A DNA stretch of 64,000 nucleotides from an uncultured Alphaproteobacteria bacterium. GTDB taxonomy: Bacteria; Pseudomonadota; Alphaproteobacteria; RF32; CAG-239. Below, in pieces: positions 57,247 through 64,000 of the stretch; position 1 is the stretch's first letter, and every line of letters starts with the position of its first letter. The translations under genes were made by a program, and so were the position numbers. The DNA lies in NCBI GenBank assembly GCA_934229625.1, contig CAKQDU010000004.1, forward strand, positions 27,295 through 91,294, read 5' to 3'. The notes beneath the pieces were generated by a model that ran no database searches, was not told the DNA's origin, and was given only the letters and a program-made list of their open reading frames with translations.

Positions 57247-57489
57247 ATGACTACAATTTTGGAAAAAATGTTAGATAATTGCAAAAAAGCCGGATATTAT
57301 CCGACACAAAACATCGAAAAAATCGCCAAAGCAAAAAATATGATGTTTGGAGATAGTGAGTGGCAGCGCTGCCCTTGCGATGGGAATAATGAAAAAAGAT
57401 ATTGCATTTCAGAACTTTGCCGCAGCGATATTGAGCGTGACGGCATCTGCCATTGTCGTTGCTATCAAAAAGCAAGCTCAGATAAGTAA
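57247..57489 (+). CDS. small Cys-rich protein, ferredoxin-thioredoxin-reductase catalytic-subunit-like CPC...CHC pattern
   Basis: 80 aa, WQRCPCDGNNEKRYCISELCRSDIERDGICHCRCY. Partial resemblance to the CPC-x16-CPC-x8-CHC arrangement of FTR as I remember it. Weak call. Confidence 0.35.
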   Translation: MTTILEKMLDNCKKAGYYPTQNIEKIAKAKNMMFGDSEWQRCPCDGNNEKRYCISELCRSDIERDGICHCRCYQKASSDK

Positions 57490-57529
57490 TTGATTGTTGA
57501 GGGGCGCCTTATGGCGCCTTTATTAGCAA

Positions 57530-60500
57530 ATGACCGAGCCGAAATTTATACATCTTCGTGTACATACTGCATATTCGCTGTCGCTTGGTGCTATGCTGGT
57601 GCCTAAATTAGTGCATAAAATGCATGATTTAGGCATACCGTGCTGCGCCATCACAGACAGGGGCAATTTATTTGGCGGTAAATGTTTTTCTAAATACGCA
57701 TCAGATGAAGGAATTAAGCCGATTCTCGGCTCAGAACTCTGCGTTCATAACGAGGATTCGGAAAATTTGGCTCTGTCTAAAGGGAAAGAGCTTCCGCCTG
57801 ATAGAATTATACTGCTTGTAAAAAACGAAACCGGCTACAAATCTATTATGAAAATGTTTCGCCGCTATTATCTCGATAATATGGAGAATAGCGATACTCC
57901 GCAGCTAAATATGCAAAATCTACGTGATTTTAATGATGGACTTATTTGTCTTACAGGTGGTTACGAAGGTCCTATCGGTCGTTTGATTCTGCAAAATCGC
58001 AAAGAAGAAGCAGAACAAAAACTTCTGGAATATAAAGAGATTTTTGGCGACAGATTATACATGGAAATTTCCCGTGTCGGATACGAAGAAGAAAAGAAAA
58101 CAGAGCCGGTGTTTTTGGAATTTGCTTACAAACACAACATACCGCTTGCGGCAACAAACGATGTTTTCTTTTTTGATGAGGGTATGTATGAGGCGCATGA
58201 CGCGCTTTGCTGTATTGCCGCCGGAGAATATGTGGCAAACGAAAACCGCCGTAAATATCTGCCGGGGAACCATTGGCGAACTGAGGCAGAAATGCTTGAG
58301 TTGTTTAAAGATATTCCAGAAGCGCTTGAAAATACGGTAAATATTGCTAAACGCTGTAATTATCTTTCGTACAAAATGGAGCCTCTGCTGCCGATTTTTA
58401 TTTGTCCTGAAGGTAAAACTCAAGACGAATTTATCACGGAAGAAGCCTATAAAGGCTTGAATGAGCGTATGAAAATTCAAGTTTATCACGATGGAATGAC
58501 GGCGGAAGAACGTGCGGAAACAGACCGGCATTATTATGAGCGCTTGGATTATGAATTAAGCGTTATCAAAAAAATGGGGTTTCCTGGATATTTTCTTATC
58601 GTGTCAGATTTTATCCGTTGGTCAAAAACACATGGCGTGCCTATTGGACCTGGGCGTGGTTCCGGTGCCGGTTCTATTGTGGCGTGGGCCTTGAAAATTA
58701 CCGACCTTGACCCGATTCGCTTAGATTTGCTGTTTGAACGTTTTTTGAACCCGGAACGTGTAAATATGCCGGATTTTGATGTGGACTTGTGTCAGGAAAA
58801 CCGCCATAAAACCATTGAATATGTGCAAAAAAAATATGGCTACGACCACGTTGCGCAAATTATCACCTATGGTAAACTGCAATCAAAAGCGGTAATTCGC
58901 GATGTGGCGCGTGTTTTGCAAATGCCATATAGCCAAGCTGATAGAATATCTAAAATGATTCCGCCGGGACAGGGTGGTAAAAACCCGACGCTGCCGGAAG
59001 CGCTCGAACAAGTGCCGGAATTAGAAGAAATGCGCGTGAAAGACCCGCAGATTAACAAGCTGTTTGATATAGCGATGAAGCTTGAGGGGTTATACCGCAA
59101 TTCAGGAATGCACGCCGCCGGTGTGGTAATCGGCGATAGACCGCTTGACCAACTTGTTCCGCTTTATAAAGACCCTCGCGCCGAAATGCCGGTTACGCAA
59201 TATGATATGAAATTTGTGGAAGAAACAGGTCTGATTAAGTTTGACTTTTTGGGTCTAAAAACACTTACGGTTATCAAACGCGCGGTGGATTGGGTGAAGA
59301 AAACACGCGGTATAGAGCTGGATATGGCTTCTGTTCCGCTGGATGATAAGCCTACATATGAACTGATGCAAGAGGGTAACACCAGCGCCATTTTCCAATT
59401 TGAATCTTCCGGTATGCGCGACGTAATGAAACAAATTAAACCCGACCGTTTTGAAGATTTAATCGCTGTTATCTCTCTTTATCGCCCGGGGCCTATGGAT
59501 AATATTCCGACCTATATCAACCGCAAGCACGGACGCGAGGAAATTAAATATCTGCATCCGGATTTGGAGCCGATTCTCGGTGAAACTTACGGAATTATGG
59601 TTTACCAAGAGCAAGTGATGAAAATTGCTCAGGTTTTGGGTGGATATACGCTTGGCGGCGCCGATAAACTGCGTAAAGTTATGGGTAAGAAAATGCGTGA
59701 TGAAATTCCGCATCAGCGTCAGATGTTTACCGATGGAGCCATAAAAAAAGGCATAGACGGAGAAGTCGCAAAAACTATTTTTGACCAAATGGAAAAGTTT
59801 GCTTCTTATGGTTTTAACAAATCGCACGCCGCCGCATATTCGCTGATTTCTTACCAAACAGCGTATTTAAAGGCGCATTATCCGGTGGAATTTATGTGCG
59901 CCATTATGGATTTTGATATAACCAACACCGAAAAAGTGTTGTTTTATACCGAAGAGTTCAAAAAAATGGGATATAAAGTTTTGCCGCCGGATATAAATAT
60001 GTCTAACGCTTTGTTTAAGGTGGAGGGAAACAATATTCGTTTTGCTCTCGCAGGTCTAAAAGGCGTGGGCGAGGCCAATATGAACGCCATTGTTGAAGAA
60101 CGAGAAAAAAATGGTAAATTCAAAGATTTATCAGATTTTATACATCGCGTTGATATAAAGCAAATCAATCGCAAACAGCTTGAACAATTGATAAAAGCCG
60201 GCGCATTTGATTGTTTAGATAAAAATCGCGGCAAATTGTTTGCGAATATTGAGAACATTATGCGTCACATGGCGGCTGCCGCAGAACTGAAAACAAGTAG
60301 TCAAACTTCATTATTTGGCAGCGAGGAGCTGAATGCAAAAGTAAAACTTCAAGATAAACCGGATTGGCCGGCTCTGGAGCGTTTACAACTGGAGGCGGAA
60401 TCTATTGGTTTTTATCTGTCGGCGCATCCGCTTGATGTCTATAAGGAAAGCATGGAGCGTTTGGGCGTTACCACTTATGCTGATGCAATAAAAGGTATTA

Positions 60501-61003
60501 AGACCGGCGATACGATTTATGCCAATTTAGCCGGTTGCTTGCAAAGTTTCCAGCGCAAAATCAGCAAAAGCGGCAAACCATTTGCTTTTGTAAAACTTTC
60601 CGATACCACGTCGGCTTATGAGGGCTTGCTATTTTCTGACGGAATTACTAAATATGAACATGCCATCAACAGTGGTTTGCCTCTTTATGCAAAAGTGAAG
60701 ATAGAAAAGCAGTCTGATGATATGCCGCCACGAATGCTGTTTAATGTTATAAAAACTTTGGATGAGGAAATTACCGAAAATTCAAAGGGTTTGATTATTG
60801 TTGTAAATAATGTCGAAGCTGTGCGCCCGATTCGTGAAGTTTTGTCGCATGAACGCTATGGCACAAACAAGGTCTATATAAAGCCGGAAAATGATGATTG
60901 GGATATTCGTATAGAACTTAAAAACGGCTACGCTCTGGCGGATGGAAATTTGCTTTCATCTATAAGGGCAATTGCCGGAGTTACTTTGGTAAAGGAAATA
61001 TAA
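57530..61003 (+). CDS. dnaE: DNA polymerase III alpha subunit
   Basis: 1157 aa. PHP domain (FIHLRVHTAYSL), GRGSGAGS, PDFDVD, FDFLGLKTLT and a C-terminal OB-fold region. Confidence 0.97.
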   Translation: MTEPKFIHLRVHTAYSLSLGAMLVPKLVHKMHDLGIPCCAITDRGNLFGGKCFSKYASDEGIKPILGSELCVHNEDSENLALSKGKELPPDRIILLVKNETGYKSIMKMFRRYYLDNMENSDTPQLNMQNLRDFNDGLICLTGGYEGPIGRLILQNRKEEAEQKLLEYKEIFGDRLYMEISRVGYEEEKKTEPVFLEFAYKHNIPLAATNDVFFFDEGMYEAHDALCCIAAGEYVANENRRKYLPGNHWRTEAEMLELFKDIPEALENTVNIAKRCNYLSYKMEPLLPIFICPEGKTQDEFITEEAYKGLNERMKIQVYHDGMTAEERAETDRHYYERLDYELSVIKKMGFPGYFLIVSDFIRWSKTHGVPIGPGRGSGAGSIVAWALKITDLDPIRLDLLFERFLNPERVNMPDFDVDLCQENRHKTIEYVQKKYGYDHVAQIITYGKLQSKAVIRDVARVLQMPYSQADRISKMIPPGQGGKNPTLPEALEQVPELEEMRVKDPQINKLFDIAMKLEGLYRNSGMHAAGVVIGDRPLDQLVPLYKDPRAEMPVTQYDMKFVEETGLIKFDFLGLKTLTVIKRAVDWVKKTRGIELDMASVPLDDKPTYELMQEGNTSAIFQFESSGMRDVMKQIKPDRFEDLIAVISLYRPGPMDNIPTYINRKHGREEIKYLHPDLEPILGETYGIMVYQEQVMKIAQVLGGYTLGGADKLRKVMGKKMRDEIPHQRQMFTDGAIKKGIDGEVAKTIFDQMEKFASYGFNKSHAAAYSLISYQTAYLKAHYPVEFMCAIMDFDITNTEKVLFYTEEFKKMGYKVLPPDINMSNALFKVEGNNIRFALAGLKGVGEANMNAIVEEREKNGKFKDLSDFIHRVDIKQINRKQLEQLIKAGAFDCLDKNRGKLFANIENIMRHMAAAAELKTSSQTSLFGSEELNAKVKLQDKPDWPALERLQLEAESIGFYLSAHPLDVYKESMERLGVTTYADAIKGIKTGDTIYANLAGCLQSFQRKISKSGKPFAFVKLSDTTSAYEGLLFSDGITKYEHAINSGLPLYAKVKIEKQSDDMPPRMLFNVIKTLDEEITENSKGLIIVVNNVEAVRPIREVLSHERYGTNKVYIKPENDDWDIRIELKNGYALADGNLLSSIRAIAGVTLVKEI

Positions 61004-61004
61004 A

Positions 61005-61961
61005 ATGAAACTTACATTCTATAAAATTTTGCTGAATACAGTAAGTTTACTTAAAAAAATACCTGAAAACTATATGGTTATAGTCTGCTATGCTACGATT
61101 TTAACGCTATTATCGTTTGCTTCCGGATTGCTCCCCTCTTGTCAACTGGGGCGCGAAGGCGGTTGGTGGTGCTACATGGAAAACAGTAACGGAACTTTCC
61201 CTCTTTATTTATTTGTTTTGAACAAATTTTTATTTTTTGTAATATGCTGTTTATTTTTTATAGATTTTTATAATAGTGCGTTTAACGGAAAAGTTTTTCG
61301 ATTTAAAGAATTTGCAGATTTCAACAAACCAAGATTAAAAGTATTGTTATTTTTAATCCTGTCATTTGTTTTGTTGCTGGGGTCGGTTGCTGCTGTTTTT
61401 GCAATTATGCTGAAACAAGCAAATCCTGATTGGAGAATAGAATTTATTTATTTTGTAGCAGCATTTATTTGTTGTTGGATACCTTTTATTCTTTTGCGGA
61501 TTTCATCAGCTATCAGTTATCTGGCGAGCGGAGAATATCCGCCTTTAAGGTTGATTTGGCAAAAAACATCTGACCGGAATTTTCATATAATATTTTCCTT
61601 TATTGTGATTTTTATAGTCATAAATTTTGTATCGCTGTATATTAACGCAATACTGAAATTTATAATGTTAAAAAGTTTTAATATTGCAACCTCGCTTGCT
61701 GCTGATTTTATATATAACGGCTTCACATTGATATATATTTCTCTTTTTATGATGCTGTTTAGAGCGATGCATCAAATTTTAGCCTCCGAAAATTTGAGTC
61801 CGTCAGATAAGCTTGTAACTATGGATTCGCAAAAAAATGATACAGCATTGCCGACAGCCGAAAACAATAACTCCAGAGTCAAAAAATCGGCTAAAAAAGC
61901 AAAATCGGCTAAAAAAGCAAAATCGGCAAAATCTCGCAAAAATAAAAAGGAAAAGAAGTAA
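61005..61961 (+). CDS. polytopic membrane protein with K/A/S-rich repeat tail
   Basis: 318 aa with ~6 hydrophobic helices. The C-terminus is KKSAKKAKSAKKAKSAKSRKNKKEKK, encoded by 2.5 copies of an 18-nt tandem repeat (61883-61927). Confidence 0.55.
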   Translation: MKLTFYKILLNTVSLLKKIPENYMVIVCYATILTLLSFASGLLPSCQLGREGGWWCYMENSNGTFPLYLFVLNKFLFFVICCLFFIDFYNSAFNGKVFRFKEFADFNKPRLKVLLFLILSFVLLLGSVAAVFAIMLKQANPDWRIEFIYFVAAFICCWIPFILLRISSAISYLASGEYPPLRLIWQKTSDRNFHIIFSFIVIFIVINFVSLYINAILKFIMLKSFNIATSLAADFIYNGFTLIYISLFMMLFRAMHQILASENLSPSDKLVTMDSQKNDTALPTAENNNSRVKKSAKKAKSAKKAKSAKSRKNKKEKK

Positions 61962-61966
61962 ATTAA

Positions 61967-61994
61967 AAGAGCTGAGTTTTTAACTCAGCTCTTT
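61967..61994. terminator. bidirectional hairpin terminator
   Basis: AAGAGCTGAGTT(61967-61978)/AACTCAGCTCTT(61982-61993) between convergent genes. Confidence 0.7.
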
Positions 61995-62002
61995 GTAAAA
62001 TA

Positions 62003-62275
62003 TTATTTTTTAGCACCATCTTTCAAACCGTCTTTAAGACCGTTTTTCAATCCGTCTTTCAGATTTTTATGACGGCCGTTTTTTAATCCATCTTTCATTC
62101 CGGCCTTATAACCATCTTTAAGACCTTCTTTATAACCATCTTTCATTCCTGATTCCAAACCGTTTTTCAAACCTTGTTCTAAAGTTTTGTTTGAAGTGGT
62201 GTCAGCTTTTACCTCGGTAACTATTCCGCCAAAGCAAAGTAAAAAAGCAACAGACATTAAAATTAGTTTTTTCAT
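62003..62275 (-). CDS. small secreted protein made of G-[LMY]-K-[DNE] tetrapeptide repeats
   Basis: Signal peptide MKKLILMSVAFLLCFGG. Then ~14 consecutive 4-residue units (GLKN GLES GMKD GYKE GLKD GYKA GMKD GLKN ... GLKD GLKD GAKK). Confidence 0.55.
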   Translation of the reverse strand: MKKLILMSVAFLLCFGGIVTEVKADTTSNKTLEQGLKNGLESGMKDGYKEGLKDGYKAGMKDGLKNGRHKNLKDGLKNGLKDGLKDGAKK

Positions 62276-62305
62276 AGTGTTTTTCCTTTCAAAAAATTAT
62301 TAAAA

Positions 62306-63241
62306 TTATTTTTCACGTACAACTCTAAAACCGACATTGTCATATCTTTGAATGGCGTTTCGTGTTTCAACGCGATTTTCAGTACGGCAAGCAGTTCTTG
62401 GAGTATTCCAAGCTCCGCCTTTAACTGCCAGTTCATTTGCATGGTTTTTGGTGGTGGAAGTCCATTCCCACACATTACCCCACATATCAACGGCTCCAGA
62501 AGCAGATAAGGTTTGTTTGTAGGTGTCAACGGCTGATAACCCTTTGTTTTCGCCACAATTCATATCAGCGTCTTTCGGCATGTGCCCGGCCGCTAATTCC
62601 CATTCTTGTTCGGTGGGTAAGCGATATTTCGCAGACTTATCATTAGCTGAAAGCCATTGGCAATAAGCAATAGCATCATTATACGACACATTAACAACAG
62701 GCAAATTGTTGTCGGGAGTGAAAGTTTTTTTGCCTTGTGCTTTTAAAAAGGAGTTAAATTCCTTGTTTGTAACCGGCGTATAAGCGATTGAAACATTTTG
62801 CGATGCTCCTAAAACCGGTAAAAATCCGTCTGTTGTTTGTCTGGCATTGGGGCGTAGGCGAGGGTCTGTAAAACGCTTCATGGTCTGGTTAATGCGGTTT
62901 TCTCTATCTTTCAGCATTTCATCAACAATTACCTGCATTTCTTCTATTTTAGAGGAATGCTTTGCCGTTTTCTTTAATTCTTCCAACTTTGCTTTTTTGC
63001 GTTCAACAATTCTGTCATAATTGATTTCGGCTTGTTTGCGTAAGGCGTCATAATTAGCTTGCGTCGGATTTTTGCGATAAGCGGCAATCAGCTGTTTTGT
63101 TTCATCATTAAGCTGCGGGCGCTCCTTTTCAATGGTCGTGCTGTATTTAAACAATTTTGCTTCCGGATTCGTTGTGGCTGCAAAAACCGTTCCGCTAAAG
63201 CATATCATTGCCGCGGTTGATAATAAAATTAATTTTTTCAT
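62306..63241 (-). CDS. secreted formylglycine-generating-enzyme (SUMF1/FGE)-domain protein
   Basis: Signal peptide, coiled N-terminal half, and an FGE-type C-terminal half (VVNVSYNDAIAYCQWLS...YRLPTEQEWELAA...MWGNVWEWTS...GGAWN...GFRVVRE). Confidence 0.72.
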   Translation of the reverse strand: MKKLILLSTAAMICFSGTVFAATTNPEAKLFKYSTTIEKERPQLNDETKQLIAAYRKNPTQANYDALRKQAEINYDRIVERKKAKLEELKKTAKHSSKIEEMQVIVDEMLKDRENRINQTMKRFTDPRLRPNARQTTDGFLPVLGASQNVSIAYTPVTNKEFNSFLKAQGKKTFTPDNNLPVVNVSYNDAIAYCQWLSANDKSAKYRLPTEQEWELAAGHMPKDADMNCGENKGLSAVDTYKQTLSASGAVDMWGNVWEWTSTTKNHANELAVKGGAWNTPRTACRTENRVETRNAIQRYDNVGFRVVREK

Positions 63242-63261
63242 AATATTAAGTCCTTGGTTGA

Positions 63262-63717
63262 TTAGTCTTTATCGTGTTTTGGAAAATCCTTAAAATCACG
63301 AGGTGGAAATCTGTGTTTTTCTCTGCCTTCAAACTCTTTTTCGTGATGTTGCTTGCGAGCCTCCAATTTTGCTTTTTGCTCCGGAGTCAATAGGGCTTCA
63401 AGTTTTTTCATGTCGGCTTCGCGGATTTTATCCATTTTTTCGCGGATAGTTTTCATTTCCTTCATCAGCGGCTCAATTTCCTTACGGCTCTGCTCGCGGA
63501 TTTCTTCAGCCTTAGCTTTTTGTTCATCGGTCAGGTCTAAAAATTTATCCATTTTTTCCGGTTCCGGACGTTTGCGCATTTCTTTATGATGTTTAGGCAT
63601 TCTTTCTGTCTGTTGAGCCGGTTCTGCCGGATTCGCCGCCGCTTCGGCAAAAGCGTTGGAATAAGCCGAAAAGGCGATTAGGGTGGAAAGTGCGGTGGTC
63701 AGTAATAATTTAGTCAT
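63262..63717 (-). CDS. periplasmic Spy/CpxP-family (LTxxQ-motif) protein
   Basis: Signal peptide ending NAFA. Two LTxxQ motifs (LDLTDEQKAKAEEI; LTPEQKAKLEA). Highly charged helical protein that overlaps the sigma-factor gene by 8 nt. Confidence 0.65.
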   Translation of the reverse strand: MTKLLLTTALSTLIAFSAYSNAFAEAAANPAEPAQQTERMPKHHKEMRKRPEPEKMDKFLDLTDEQKAKAEEIREQSRKEIEPLMKEMKTIREKMDKIREADMKKLEALLTPEQKAKLEARKQHHEKEFEGREKHRFPPRDFKDFPKHDKD

Positions 63718-64000
63718 TGTTTTTCTCCTTTAGAAAACTTAATTTTTGAGCTAATATCTTGCGGGCGTTAAACAGTCTGGATTTAACTGTCCCTTCGGCG
63801 ATTTTCAACTTGTCGGCAATTTCTTTGTACGATTTTTCTTCAAATTCATACAAAATAATTACTTTTCGCAAATCGGCTGGTAGTTCGTCAACCGCTTTCA
63901 AGATAATTTTCTGGCGCTTCTTTTTATCTATTTTTTCATCAAATTTAGGGGTTACGCTAACCTTTTCAATTATTTCTCCCTGTAAAGTACAATTATTGTA
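63710..64000 (-). CDS. ECF-type RNA polymerase sigma-70 family factor, C-terminal part (gene runs off the window end)
   Basis: Region-4 pattern LPADLRKVIILYEFEEKSYKEIADKLKIAEGTVKSRLFNARKIL. My minus-strand translation stays open to position 64000, so the track start at 63901 (TTG) is internal. Confidence 0.75.
   Translation of the reverse strand, partial: YNNCTLQGEIIEKVSVTPKFDEKIDKKKRQKIILKAVDELPADLRKVIILYEFEEKSYKEIADKLKIAEGTVKSRLFNARKILAQKLSFLKEKNND

Noticed and set aside
62306-63241. FGE/C-type-lectin-fold protein as a possible diversity-generating retroelement (DGR) target.
   Set aside because: No reverse transcriptase ORF is present. By eye I found no template-repeat copy of the C-terminal coding region anywhere in the window, and no adenine-specific mismatch pattern can be evaluated.
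1-64000. Window-wide look for CRISPR arrays, rRNA, IS elements/transposases, integrases, prophage genes and toxin-antitoxin pairs.
   Set aside because: No regularly spaced direct repeats, no rRNA-like sequence, and no ORF with transposase, integrase, phage-structural or classic TA motifs was seen. The only mobile-element signatures are the tRNA-associated repeats reported above.

Overview
AT-rich bacterial chromosomal window with no rRNA, CRISPR array, transposase or integrase. Gene content and local synteny (Tim44-like + secB, ATP12-family chaperone, carD, ppdK, rho, coaE-dnaQ, pssA-psd, dusB-trkA, mnmE-mnmG-rsmG-parA-parB-dnaE) suggest a reduced, probably host-associated alphaproteobacterium; this is inferred from gene families only. 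I support about 58 CDS, 3 intact tRNAs (Thr-CGU, Leu-UAA, Thr-GGU) plus tRNA fragments, three perfect parS sites, a DnaA-box / TTAA-N7-TTAA-rich intergenic region beside rho, and several intrinsic terminators. Accessory material interrupts the housekeeping blocks. (i) Four scattered paralogs of a Cys-rich prepilin-like protein (N-terminus G|RSMIEMLGVLAI...) each have an unusual upstream region. Two carry a ~220-nt leader whose closing helices covary completely between copies and which ends in a terminator plus anti-SD (candidate new cis-regulatory RNA). One sits behind a perfect 22-bp inverted repeat flanking 134 bp (candidate invertible promoter or RNA switch). One sits behind a segmented ~30-bp inverted repeat. 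(ii) A 3.8-kb islet bounded by 34-nt perfect direct repeats at tRNA-Thr(GGU) carries an HTH-fused C5 DNA methyltransferase. It is translationally coupled to a 463-aa protein with two degenerate LAGLIDADG-like motifs and to a 192-aa RecB-like PD-(D/E)xK protein. This is my top candidate for an undescribed restriction/defence-type system. (iii) There is a class III-type Fic protein, a 1685-aa autotransporter with an N-terminal ankyrin module, and EF-hand, ankyrin and pentapeptide-repeat proteins. (iv) An unannotated 44-aa GCGCGC peptide ORF lies behind a flavin oxidoreductase. All functional calls come from motif recognition by eye; no database search or computation was run.
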